A DNA stretch of 64,000 nt from positions 85,482-149,481 of the forward strand of contig SUYH01000009.1 of assembly GCA_015060535.1 (NCBI GenBank), written 5' to 3'. Below the pieces are notes generated by a model that had not been told where the DNA came from, made no database searches, and saw nothing but the letters and a program-made list of their open reading frames with translations. Source of the DNA: Prevotella sp. (lineage in GTDB: Bacteria; Bacteroidota; Bacteroidia; Bacteroidales; Bacteroidaceae). The position numbers were made by a program, and so were the translations under genes. Shown piece by piece: positions 42,788 through 52,113 of this stretch. Position 1 is the first letter of the stretch; the number at the start of each line of letters is the position of its first letter.

Positions 42788-44701
42788 ATGAAGAAATCAA
42801 TATATCTGGCTGTCGCTGCCCTGCTGATGCTGGGTGCCTGTACACCTGACAGCCATAGTCTTGATAGCCTGTCCCTGCAGCCGTCAGACCTGACGCACGG
42901 ATCAGCATTCTCCGTTTCTGTTGATGCTCAGAACACAGTCACGCTGAAGAGTCTGCTCGACAAGAGCTACAATTGCTATTGGATACATCCCAACGGACGT
43001 GCACAGGGTCCGGTGGCTACTCTGCAGCTGCCTTTTGCAGGCAAATATGATGTCACCTTCGGTGTCGACACCCGTGGTGGTGTGGTTTATGGTAATCCTT
43101 ATCAGTTTGAGGTGACCACCAATAATATGGCATTGCTCGCCGACCCCCTCTATACCTATCTGACCGGTGGTGTGGGCAAGTCGAAGAAGTGGGTTCCCGT
43201 CGACAAGGACTACGGTGTAGGCCAGTGCACGGGTCCCGTCATGTACTGTAATCCTGACGACGTGCTGAACGACGGTTCCAATTCTACCGACATCGGTATC
43301 AACAACATGAAACCCAACTGGGATCCAGGCTTTCAGTCTTGGCTGATTCCTGCCGACGATCCCTATATGGATTCTTATATGATCTTCTCGCTCGACGATG
43401 TGAACGGCTGTTCTATCACCGAGTATCGTGGCGAGGCCGGTACGAAGGGCAGCTCTACGGGAACTACCTCTACCGGTAAGTACACCCTCAACGTCAGCGA
43501 CAAGAATCATCCTACGCTGTCGTTCTCTGATGCCTACTCGATGCATAATGTCGGTTTCGATGCCGTTTGCTCCAACTATACCAGCAACATCATCATCACC
43601 GAGCTGACTCCCTACATGCTGCAGCTGGCTACCATGCGTACCAACAGCGAGGGTCCTTGGTGGATCATCTGGAACTTCATCGCTGCCGATGTGCAGGATG
43701 GTACCGTTGTCATTCCTTCTGACGATGTCAACTACCTCAATCCTTCGACACCCGTTCTGCCTACCATTTCCGATCTCAAGACCAAGATTTTCACGACCGA
43801 TATCAATGGTGTGGAGTATGAGGGTGCCGAGATGACCTTCCAGGTGGTTGGGGATGCACCTTACGACTGGATGTGGTGGAATGGCGGTTCCAGCGCCTGG
43901 GAGAGTGTTACCGGTGGCAACTATGGTACCAACTGGGCTCCTAAGGCCGACGAGGATGTCGTTACAGAAAACGAACTGACGCTGACCAAGAAGGGTACCT
44001 TCACCTATGGCAACCAGGCTGGCAGCTACACGATAGACGAAGGCAAGATCATCTTCGACCAGGAGGTAAGCTTCTTCACTGTTACCGGCGATGCCCGCAC
44101 CATCGAGGTGAAGGGTACGGAGTGGCAGGTCTTCAAGTGTGACCCAGGCTCTGAGCTCGTTCTCGGTGTGGCTAATGGCAAGGATACCAATGGCAATATC
44201 AACAACTACCTCGTGGCCAACTTCAGCTACAAGGCCGTCGGTGGTGGTCAGACCGGTCCTGTCAATGTACCTTTCGATGCTGCTAATGTGAACAACTATA
44301 TCGAGGCCGACAAGTATTTCCGCTGCCAGCTTTACAACCCATGGGGTGGTGGCAACGATGCCATCGATCCTGCTAATGTGAAGCTGAAGAAGGATCAGAA
44401 GATCAACATCACCGTCAAGCTCTCTGGCTTCACCTTCTCTCAGACCGCCAAGATGGCGCTCTGCTGCAACCGCGGCAATGAGCAGGGATGGGAACCCGAC
44501 TGCTTTGGCTACGCTCGTGCCATTGATGTGAACGGTGATGGCACATACACCGTATCGTGGACTAACGACACCGGTTCTACTGTCAAGTGGGACGATGGTA
44601 CTTCTGCGCTGACCATTACGATGCAGTTTGATGGCTATGCTACGCTGCCTGATGATGACTATGCTTCGCATTGCACCTTAGAGAGCATCACGATTGAGTG
44701 A
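42788..44701 (+). CDS. PUL surface lipoprotein (putative glycan-binding)
   Basis: Lipobox LGAC; directly after susD; Trp-rich beta-type domains. Confidence 0.75.
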   Translation: MKKSIYLAVAALLMLGACTPDSHSLDSLSLQPSDLTHGSAFSVSVDAQNTVTLKSLLDKSYNCYWIHPNGRAQGPVATLQLPFAGKYDVTFGVDTRGGVVYGNPYQFEVTTNNMALLADPLYTYLTGGVGKSKKWVPVDKDYGVGQCTGPVMYCNPDDVLNDGSNSTDIGINNMKPNWDPGFQSWLIPADDPYMDSYMIFSLDDVNGCSITEYRGEAGTKGSSTGTTSTGKYTLNVSDKNHPTLSFSDAYSMHNVGFDAVCSNYTSNIIITELTPYMLQLATMRTNSEGPWWIIWNFIAADVQDGTVVIPSDDVNYLNPSTPVLPTISDLKTKIFTTDINGVEYEGAEMTFQVVGDAPYDWMWWNGGSSAWESVTGGNYGTNWAPKADEDVVTENELTLTKKGTFTYGNQAGSYTIDEGKIIFDQEVSFFTVTGDARTIEVKGTEWQVFKCDPGSELVLGVANGKDTNGNINNYLVANFSYKAVGGGQTGPVNVPFDAANVNNYIEADKYFRCQLYNPWGGGNDAIDPANVKLKKDQKINITVKLSGFTFSQTAKMALCCNRGNEQGWEPDCFGYARAIDVNGDGTYTVSWTNDTGSTVKWDDGTSALTITMQFDGYATLPDDDYASHCTLESITIE

Positions 44702-44725
44702 AAAGTGAAAAGTGAAAAGTGAAAA
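44698..44725 (+). repeat. heptamer tandem repeat (gtgaaaa) x4
   Basis: Overlaps the upstream stop codon and precedes the ATG at 44736. Confidence 0.75.
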
Positions 44726-44735
44726 GAAAAAAGTT

Positions 44736-47369
44736 ATGAAACTGACTAAAATATTTTCCGCAGTCATGGCGCTCCTTATGGGAGCTGCCATGCTGACCGC
44801 GTGCAGTGATAAGGACGACTACTACGCCAATACCACTCCACTGCTCAGCGATGGCTCTGTTGTGACAGGGTCTTCGGATGTCACCGCCACCACCGCTACA
44901 TTTCATGGCACGGTGAAGGGACTTGAGAGCCTGAATCCGGCATCTTATGCCGCTGGTTTTAAATATGGTTTCTCTGAAAATGCGCTCACCGAGACGGCCA
45001 CCGCAGCCTCTGGCGCTGAGTTCTCGGCTACCATCAACGGCCTGATGGCCTCTCAGGTAGTCTTCTATCAGGCTTACGTGACGCTTCAGGGCAAACTGAC
45101 CTATACCGGTGAAGTCAAGACATTGGTAGCCACCGATGCCACTGCTACTACTGGCGATGCTACTGCTGTTGATTATGCCTCAGCCACTCTGGCCGGCTCT
45201 ATCAGCAAGTATCCCAACGATGTCGTTGCTGGTATCGTCATCTCTACTTCCAGCGAAGTAGAGGCCGTACGTAGCGGTCTGCGTCTGACTATCGACGGAC
45301 TGGCCGACAACTTCGCTGTCGAGCAGGACGGCCTGTTGCCCTCTACCACCTACTATTACGCTGCCTTCCTCGATCTGGGAGCCGGTGTGGTCTATGGTGA
45401 CGTGAAGTCGTTTGCTACTGCTGCCCATGAGATCAATGTCGACGACGAGTTTGTCGACCTGGGTCTCTCTGTTAAGTGGGCTAAGCATAACATCGGTGCC
45501 AAGAGCGAGGCCGACTTCGGTGGTCTGTTCGGCTTTGGCGATGTAAGCGGTTGCAACCCCAGCATCGATCCTGCCGACTACGCTTCTGCCGATACTTATA
45601 AGACAGCCGTCGATATCGCTAACATCGCCCTCGCTGGCAAGGCTACCCTGCCTACAGCCACTGAGTTCGAGGAGCTGTTCAGCCTCTGTAAGACCGAGTG
45701 GGTCAAGGACGAGAGTGGTGCCTATGGCTACCTGGTGACCGGTCCTAACGGCAACACCATCTTCCTGCCTGCCGCTGGTAAGCGTGTGGCCCACAGCCTG
45801 AGCGACCAGAATGTCAAGGGCTACTATCTCACTGGTAGCGTCAATACCAACAATCAGTTTGCTGTCGACTACGAGTTCTCTGAGTCAACAGGTGCTCGCA
45901 GTACCCGTGCCACCTACGAGGCACTGGCTGTCCGTCCCGTTTCTGTTGCTCGCAATGTGAAGTTCAATAAGGAGCTGCTTTACAACACCTGGCATATCGA
46001 CCTGCGTGCCGACGGCAGTCATGCCCACTTCGAAGGTCCATGCTGGTTCATGGGTACCGACGACTCTTGGCGTACCATTACCAATGGCGAGCCTGTAGTA
46101 GGCAATTGCTGGGTATGGCAGGCTGGTGCTGATGGTTGGATTATTGGTGGCGATCCTCGCGACTTCGGTTCAATGACCTTCTTTAAGGGTGCAGATGGTA
46201 CCGACAGCGTCATCGTGACCAAGATTGATGCTGAAGGTGTGGAGAAGACGGAGAAGGGTACCTTCACTGTCGACGAGAACAAGAAGACCATTTCGCTCTC
46301 TGTCGATGTGCTCGATGTTCCTGCACAGAGCGCTCGTGGTGACAATATGCGCACCAACCTGAATATCCTCTCGCTGACCGATGAGACCCTGCAGATTGGT
46401 ATGATGATCGATGGTGGTGGCACACAGGTATCGTTCAACTATGCTGCCGACCGTGTATACAGCGGTATTGCCGTTCGTCTGTTGGCTGTCGGTTCCGACT
46501 GGGGTGGCACGTGGGGCGATGTCCTGAGCATGATTACTCCTCAGGAGCTGGAAGGTCAGCATACCGTGAAATATGAAGGTGCCGTTAACGGTGCTATGGT
46601 CACGCTGCTCGATTTCGTTGACCTGGTGAAGAAGTTCCCCAATGCCTTCGTACGTATCGACGAGCTGAAGTTAGACGGAACACCGATCAAGTTCAATGCC
46701 AACAACTTCTGCTATGGAGATATTGAGAACAATGGCAACTACCGCATCGAGATGTTCAACATCTGGGGTAAGGGTGCAGAAAACGGGGTCGTCAAGGCTT
46801 CTCCGTTCAGCAACCTCACCAATGTGGGTAGCGATGCTGCCTTCACGTTCGCCAATTCGTTGGAGATCACCTTTACCATCCGTCTCGATGGTCCTGTAGG
46901 CACCTATACGCCTAACCTCATCACCGTTGGTGCAGGCTGGTGGCCCTCAACATGGGGCTTCAACCAGGGTGCTACGTTCGATGTTACGCTCAATGCGGAG
47001 ACCGCTAAGTATGAGATCTCTCAGAACCATTTCGATATCAAGTATGAGACGGCCGACGCCTATAGTGCCGGTTCCATCATGACCTTCGTCCAGATTGACA
47101 ATCTCTTCGGTTTCTTCCCTGGCACTCAGGCCGTGCTGAACAGCTGCAAGCTCGACGACAAAGCCGTCAGCTACGATGCTTCGAAGATTGTGAATACCAG
47201 CGATGGTGCAGCCTATCGTCTGGAGCTCTGGAACTGCTATGGTGCTACCAGCCAGTCGGGCTGTGGCTTCGGCACGCCCGATGGCGACGTTATCCATGAA
47301 CTTTCGTTCAGCAAGTCTATGGAGTTAGACTTCACCATAAAGAGTCTTTTTGCAACTCCTGAATTCTAA
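44736..47369 (+). CDS. PUL surface lipoprotein with Ig/Fn3-like and VDLGLSVKWA domains
   Basis: Lipobox LTAC; YYYAAF...YGDVKSF; VDLGLSVKWA...TGPNGNTIFLPAAG; repeated YR.E..N..G C-terminal domains. Confidence 0.75.
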   Translation: MKLTKIFSAVMALLMGAAMLTACSDKDDYYANTTPLLSDGSVVTGSSDVTATTATFHGTVKGLESLNPASYAAGFKYGFSENALTETATAASGAEFSATINGLMASQVVFYQAYVTLQGKLTYTGEVKTLVATDATATTGDATAVDYASATLAGSISKYPNDVVAGIVISTSSEVEAVRSGLRLTIDGLADNFAVEQDGLLPSTTYYYAAFLDLGAGVVYGDVKSFATAAHEINVDDEFVDLGLSVKWAKHNIGAKSEADFGGLFGFGDVSGCNPSIDPADYASADTYKTAVDIANIALAGKATLPTATEFEELFSLCKTEWVKDESGAYGYLVTGPNGNTIFLPAAGKRVAHSLSDQNVKGYYLTGSVNTNNQFAVDYEFSESTGARSTRATYEALAVRPVSVARNVKFNKELLYNTWHIDLRADGSHAHFEGPCWFMGTDDSWRTITNGEPVVGNCWVWQAGADGWIIGGDPRDFGSMTFFKGADGTDSVIVTKIDAEGVEKTEKGTFTVDENKKTISLSVDVLDVPAQSARGDNMRTNLNILSLTDETLQIGMMIDGGGTQVSFNYAADRVYSGIAVRLLAVGSDWGGTWGDVLSMITPQELEGQHTVKYEGAVNGAMVTLLDFVDLVKKFPNAFVRIDELKLDGTPIKFNANNFCYGDIENNGNYRIEMFNIWGKGAENGVVKASPFSNLTNVGSDAAFTFANSLEITFTIRLDGPVGTYTPNLITVGAGWWPSTWGFNQGATFDVTLNAETAKYEISQNHFDIKYETADAYSAGSIMTFVQIDNLFGFFPGTQAVLNSCKLDDKAVSYDASKIVNTSDGAAYRLELWNCYGATSQSGCGFGTPDGDVIHELSFSKSMELDFTIKSLFATPEF

Positions 47370-47374
47370 AACGT

Positions 47375-48913
47375 ATGAAGACTATGAAGACTATAAAGAA
47401 TCTATTCATGCTGATGGTGGCCCTGCTGGTCACCGTCAGTTTCGCCAGCTGCAGCGACGACGAGAATGATAATGGTGGCGGCCAGCCCGTCAGCAAGCTC
47501 ACCGTTGCTCCTACCTCGCTGTCGTTCACTAAGGCTGGTGGCGACCTGACCTTCAAGGCTCAGGCTCCCGTGCAGGTTTCAGCCTCCAGCAGTGCCGACT
47601 GGTGTACCGTATCCGTTGGTGCCCAGCAGTCCGGAACCAAGATTTCCGTAGTCACCGTTACTGCTGCCGAGAATACCACGGCCTACGAGCGTACCGCCGT
47701 CGTTACCGTTACTGCCGGTTCCTCTTCGCAGACCGTCACCATCACGCAGGCTGAGGGCGATCCTACCGTTCCCTCCGGCTCTATCACCAAGAATGCCCAG
47801 CAGATAGCCAAGGATATGTATCCCGGTTGGAATCTGGGCAACACCATGGAGGCTACCGGTGGCGAGACCTCATGGCAGCCCACCATGACCACTCAGGCCG
47901 TTATCGATGCCGTCAAGGCTGCTGGCTTCCGTTCTGTCCGCATTCCTTGCTCTTGGGATATCCATTCCACCGGTGGCACCATCGATGCCGACTGGATGGC
48001 GCGTGTCCGTCAGGTTGTCGACTACTGCATCCGCGACGGTCTCTATGTCGTGCTCAACGACCATTGGGACAATGGCTGGATAGAGGTGCTGGGCTTCAGC
48101 AAGGCCTCCAGCAGCTATCAGCCCGTCGACGAAGCAACCATCACCGCTAAGGCTACCCGTCTGAAGGAGCTGTGGACTCAGATTGCCAACGCTTTCCGCG
48201 ATTACGACGAGCATCTGCTCTTTGCCGGTCTCAACGAGCCCTTCCAGGAGTATAACCTGTTCAGCAGCCGTCACGAGGAGCTCACGCCCATCCTGATTCG
48301 CTACAACCAGGCTTTCGTCGAGGCCGTTCGTGCTACTGGCGGCAACAATGCCCAGCGCACCCTCGTCGTTCAGGGGCCCTCTACCAACATCTCGTCTACC
48401 TGCAGCTATATGCCTGCCGACAAGCTTCCCGAGGCTGCCGGTCGTCTGATGGTCGAAGTTCACTACTATGATCCCGGTCAGTTCTGTGGCACCTACGAAG
48501 CCTCTGGCGATAATGCCTATTACTATTGGGGTGCCGCCAATCACGGGGCCAACCATAACCCCACCTATGGTGAGGAGAGCTATCTCGACGGCATGTTCAC
48601 CAACCTCAAGGACACCTTTACTTCCAAGGGCTATCCCGTCATCATCGGTGAGTATGCTGCCCTGCAGCGCTCCGTGCCCAACGACGACCAGACCAAGCAC
48701 GACAACTCTGTGAAGTACTACTATCAGTATCTCAACCAGACCGCTGCCAACTGTGGTATTGTGCCCTTCGCTTGGGACACCAACGACACCGCAGGTCTGG
48801 GCAAGGAGAGTGGTTCTACTACCATTATCGACCGTGCTAAGTGCACTGTGGTAGGCACCAACGCCATGGAGGGTATCAAGGCTGGTGCTGCAGCAGGCTC
48901 TTGGCCTTTCTAA
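47375..48913 (+). CDS. GH5 glycoside hydrolase lipoprotein with BACON domain
   Basis: Lipobox ASC; BACON; GWNLGNT, SVRIP, NDHWD, NEP acid/base, VHYYDP, IIGEY nucleophile. Confidence 0.92.
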   Translation: MKTMKTIKNLFMLMVALLVTVSFASCSDDENDNGGGQPVSKLTVAPTSLSFTKAGGDLTFKAQAPVQVSASSSADWCTVSVGAQQSGTKISVVTVTAAENTTAYERTAVVTVTAGSSSQTVTITQAEGDPTVPSGSITKNAQQIAKDMYPGWNLGNTMEATGGETSWQPTMTTQAVIDAVKAAGFRSVRIPCSWDIHSTGGTIDADWMARVRQVVDYCIRDGLYVVLNDHWDNGWIEVLGFSKASSSYQPVDEATITAKATRLKELWTQIANAFRDYDEHLLFAGLNEPFQEYNLFSSRHEELTPILIRYNQAFVEAVRATGGNNAQRTLVVQGPSTNISSTCSYMPADKLPEAAGRLMVEVHYYDPGQFCGTYEASGDNAYYYWGAANHGANHNPTYGEESYLDGMFTNLKDTFTSKGYPVIIGEYAALQRSVPNDDQTKHDNSVKYYYQYLNQTAANCGIVPFAWDTNDTAGLGKESGSTTIIDRAKCTVVGTNAMEGIKAGAAAGSWPF

Positions 48914-48928
48914 TGGCTGCCAGGAGTC

Positions 48929-50113
48929 ATGATCCGACGACTCTATACCTTGCTGTTGGTGGCTCTCGTGGCCACCACAGCTTTTTCTGCCGACGCCCGC
49001 TGGCTCGCTGGCCAGATGTATCCGGGCTGGAATCTGGGCAATACCCTCGAAGCCACCGGTGGTGAGACCTCTTGGCAGTCTACGCCTACCACGCAGGCCC
49101 TCATCGACTATGTCCGTCAGCAGGGCTTCCGTTCGGTGCGCATCCCCTGTTCGTGGGCTATCCATTGCGATGCCCAGGGCGTCATCGACCCCTCGTGGAT
49201 GGCTCGTGTCCGTCAGATTGTCGACTATTGCATCCGTAGCGGTCTCTATGTCGTGCTCAACGACCATTGGGACGGTGGCTGGATTGAGGTGCAAGGCTTC
49301 AGCCGTTCTGTTGACGAGTTCCGTCCTGTCGACGAAGCCATCATTCAGGCTAAGATAGCCCGTCTGAAGGACCTGTGGACCCAGATAGCCCGGGAGTTTC
49401 GCGACTACGACGACCATCTGCTCCTGGCCGGTCTCAACGAGCCCTTCCAGCAGTATAACCTCTTCCACGACCGCCATCAGGAGCTGACGCCCATCCTGCT
49501 GCGTTACAATCAAGCCTTTGTCGATGCCGTCCGTGCTACGGGAGGTCGCAATGCTACGCGCATCTTGATCTGTCAAGGGCCCTCTACCAGCATCGCGTCG
49601 ACTACCGACCCCGCCGTCGGCTTCCGCATGCCCTCCGATCCCGCTGGTGCCGGCCGTCTGATGGTCGAAGTCCATTACTACGAGCCATGGGATTTCTGTG
49701 GGGTAGAGGAGGGTGGCAAGCGCTTCTGGGGTGCTGAACGTCATGTGGCCGACAGCCCCTACAACTGCACCTGGGGCGAGCCCGGTCATCCGCAAGCGCA
49801 GTTCAGCCGCATGAAGCAGCTGTTCTTCGATCAGGGCTATCCTGTCATCATTGGCGAGTATGGTGCCAACTGGCGTCAGCTTGGTGACCACCAGTCTCAG
49901 CACGACGCCTCCATCACGGCCTGGTTCCGCGACGTCACCCTACAGGCCGTCAAGCACGGCTGCGTGCCTATGGTGTGGGACATCAACAGCCCCGACCAGC
50001 AAGGCGACCGCGGCACCATGACCATCATCAACCGCGCCACCCTGACCATCTTCTGCCCCTGGGCCCTACAGGGCATCCAAGAAGCCGTAAAAGCTGCCTC
50101 TTGGCCGCAATAA
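48929..50113 (+). CDS. GH5 glycoside hydrolase (paralog of the upstream gene)
   Basis: Signal peptide; same GH5 motifs (GWNLGNT, NEP, IIGEY). Confidence 0.92.
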   Translation: MIRRLYTLLLVALVATTAFSADARWLAGQMYPGWNLGNTLEATGGETSWQSTPTTQALIDYVRQQGFRSVRIPCSWAIHCDAQGVIDPSWMARVRQIVDYCIRSGLYVVLNDHWDGGWIEVQGFSRSVDEFRPVDEAIIQAKIARLKDLWTQIAREFRDYDDHLLLAGLNEPFQQYNLFHDRHQELTPILLRYNQAFVDAVRATGGRNATRILICQGPSTSIASTTDPAVGFRMPSDPAGAGRLMVEVHYYEPWDFCGVEEGGKRFWGAERHVADSPYNCTWGEPGHPQAQFSRMKQLFFDQGYPVIIGEYGANWRQLGDHQSQHDASITAWFRDVTLQAVKHGCVPMVWDINSPDQQGDRGTMTIINRATLTIFCPWALQGIQEAVKAASWPQ

Positions 50114-50150
50114 AAAATAGGACCGAGCCCCTTGCTCAGTCCTATTTTCT
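50114..50150. terminator. bidirectional intrinsic terminator ending the PUL
   Basis: aaaataggac-cgagc..gctca-gtcctatttt between convergent genes. Confidence 0.7.
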
Positions 50151-50163
50151 TTTTTACATTTTC

Positions 50164-50256
50164 CTACATGCAGCTCGTCACTCCGAGCGTAGTCCCCAGT
50201 GCCGTCAGTATCGATACCAACACCTGCACAATCAACTTCCAAGTTTCTTTCTTCAT
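50164..50256 (-). CDS. smalltalk family 30-aa membrane peptide
   Basis: Not in the ORF track; manual translation MKKETWKLIVQVLVSILTALGTTLGVTSCM; downstream of an HU-like gene, the usual Bacteroidales context. Confidence 0.82.
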   Translation of the reverse strand: MKKETWKLIVQVLVSILTALGTTLGVTSCM

Positions 50257-50315
50257 ACTTCTTACTTCTTACTTCCACCTTCTAAAAGGTTGCGCCCGAA
50301 GGCGCTAACCTTTTA

Positions 50316-50909
50316 CTACTCTCCTTCTGTCTCGAAGCCTGCGCTACCGCCCGAGTTGCCGCCACCAGTGTTGTCACCGGTGCTACCACCCTGGTTTTGG
50401 TTTTCACTCCCCTCGCCCGTTGGAGAGGGGTCGGGGGTGAGGCTGTTCTCCGGATCCTCCACCTCAGCGTCGTCGGTCGAGGTCACGCGCTTCACCACGT
50501 CGCCATTGCGGTCGATGCAGGTAATCTGGATAGCGGTGTTCTTCAGCTCGTCCTTCAGGTCGACGGTAGGCGTGAAGATGATGCGGCGGCTGGAGATCAG
50601 ACTCGACTTCACGTCGTTCACGTCCTCTACCGACTTACCACGCACTCCGAATCGCATGGTACCCAATCCAGGCAGAGCCACCGAGTGACCTTCAGTTGCC
50701 CACGCCTTGATTACCTCGCCAGCGGCGTCCCAGCAGGCCTGCATCACGCCCTTGGCTACGCCCGAGCGGAGAGCTGCCTCCTTGATCACCTTGTCCTGCG
50801 TCAGCGCGATATACAGGTCGGGCTGCATCACGTAGCGATATACGCCAGGATCGTTCTCATCTTTCGTAAACTTGAGCTTGCGCTCTACTGCTTTGATTTT
50901 AATTGCCAT
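50316..50909 (-). CDS. HU/histone-like DNA-binding protein (Bacteroidales TIGR01201-like)
   Basis: GHSVALPGLGTMRF, RRIIFTP; Gly-rich low-complexity tail. Confidence 0.85.
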   Translation of the reverse strand: MAIKIKAVERKLKFTKDENDPGVYRYVMQPDLYIALTQDKVIKEAALRSGVAKGVMQACWDAAGEVIKAWATEGHSVALPGLGTMRFGVRGKSVEDVNDVKSSLISSRRIIFTPTVDLKDELKNTAIQITCIDRNGDVVKRVTSTDDAEVEDPENSLTPDPSPTGEGSENQNQGGSTGDNTGGGNSGGSAGFETEGE

Positions 50910-51150
50910 AGTGTTGTAAAAATTCGAAAATTTAAGATTTAAGGTTGATTAACTCGTTGTCTTCCGTCAGACTTCAAATTTTTGCGCTCTGGGCAGGCTG
51001 CAAATTTTGCCAGGCCTGAAAACAATTTTTGGCTGCCCTCGCCGCGATTTTCCATCTTTCTTCTGACAATGCAAAGGTACAAAACTTTCATTAGTCCTAA
51101 AAGTTTTTTTTTGCAAACGTTTAGTTAACGGATGTTAATACATTCGTTTT

Positions 51151-51314
51151 TAGTCATAAGCAGTCATTAGTCATTAGTCATTAAGCTTTTTCGGGGGAGC
51201 GTAAAATGCTCACTATATTAATAAAAATATATTTTTATTAATATAGTGATATAAAATCCTCCCCTCTTTCAAATTCAAAATCCTTAATGACTAATGACTT
51301 AATGACTTAATGAC
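51151..51314. repeat. perfect 40-bp AT-rich palindrome flanked by inverted agtcatt/aatgact heptamer repeats
   Basis: tcactatattaataaaaata|tatttttattaatatagtga at 51210-51249; (agtcatt)n at 51152-51182 and (aatgact)n at 51286-51314. Confidence 0.8.
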
Positions 51315-51503
51315 ATTAGTGTCCACTAATGTGTCTTTTCCTGATTTTGGTTGACAGTTTATTGCTTTTTTCCTGATGTAGTTGACAGTCGATTTCCTGA
51401 ATTAGTTGACAATTTACTAGAAACGTTGACACCTTTACTGAAAAGGTTGTCTTTTTCCTGAAACTGTTGACAACTATGAAGACAACATTAGTGTCCACTA
51501 ATG
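51313..51503. repeat. element bounded by 19-bp palindromic direct repeats with six internal ~20-bp degenerate repeats
   Basis: acattagtgtccactaatg at 51313-51331 and 51485-51503; internal ttt(c/a)ctga.....gttgaca-like units. Confidence 0.7.
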
Positions 51504-51534
51504 AGGACACAGAGGGTCTGTCCCGCTGTGTCCT

Positions 51535-51603
51535 GAGCCCAAATGGTTCCGTGAAGAGGTGGCAGAGATATCAAAACACATGTGGAACAAATATAAAGGA
51601 TAA
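51535..51603 (+). pseudogene. 3' fragment resembling the C-terminus of a WYL-domain protein
   Basis: Begins right after repeat 1 and translates EPKWFREEVAEISKHMWNKYKG*. Confidence 0.45.
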
Positions 51604-51675
51604 AAATAAAATGTAATTATTTGATGGATGAGAAAAAAGTAGTATCTTTGCAGAATGGTTTTATCAGATAGCAAA

Positions 51676-52023
51676 ATGGACGAGAACAAGATCGTAATCT
51701 ATCAGACGGAGGACGGACAAACGCAGATTGATGTCCGCTTGGAGAATGAGACGGTATGGTTGACGCAGGCTCAGATGGCGGAACTATTTCAGAAAGATCA
51801 GTCTGTTATAGCTCGTCATATTAACAATGCTTTGAAGGAGGGTGAACTTGAAGAAAATAGTAATATGCATTTTTTGCATAATACTCAATACAAGTATCGT
51901 CCAACAAAGATTTACGACCTTGATACCATTATCTGTGTTGGCTACCGTGTTCATAGTAAACGAGGACACAGAGGGTTGACCGCTGTGTCCTCATCAATAA
52001 TATCTATAGAGTTGATGAATTAG
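51676..52023 (+). pseudogene. RhuM-family (virulence protein RhuM-like) gene truncated by a hairpin repeat
   Basis: IVIYQTEDG...ETVWLTQAQMAELFQ...HINN...YDLD.II.VGYRVHS; similarity stops at repeat 2 (51964). Confidence 0.8.
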
Positions 52024-52113
52024 AACGAGAGGCAACCTGTGCAAAAATTGCACAAGTTCAGACCGAAGGGAAAAGACAAGTTACCCGTACTATCCCATAT
52101 TTCAATTTGGATA
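51992..52113 (+). pseudogene. internal fragment of a second RhuM-family gene (copy 1)
   Basis: INNIYRVDELEREATCAKIAQVQTEGKRQVTRTIPYFNLD; lies between repeats 2 and 3. Confidence 0.75.

Noticed and set aside
42902-44671. 589-aa antisense ORF
   Set aside because: Fully shadows a bona fide PUL lipoprotein; explained by codon bias leaving few antisense stops; no recognisable motifs.
47870-49903. 677-aa antisense ORF across both GH5 genes
   Set aside because: Shadow of two GC-rich GH5 genes; no protein-like features.
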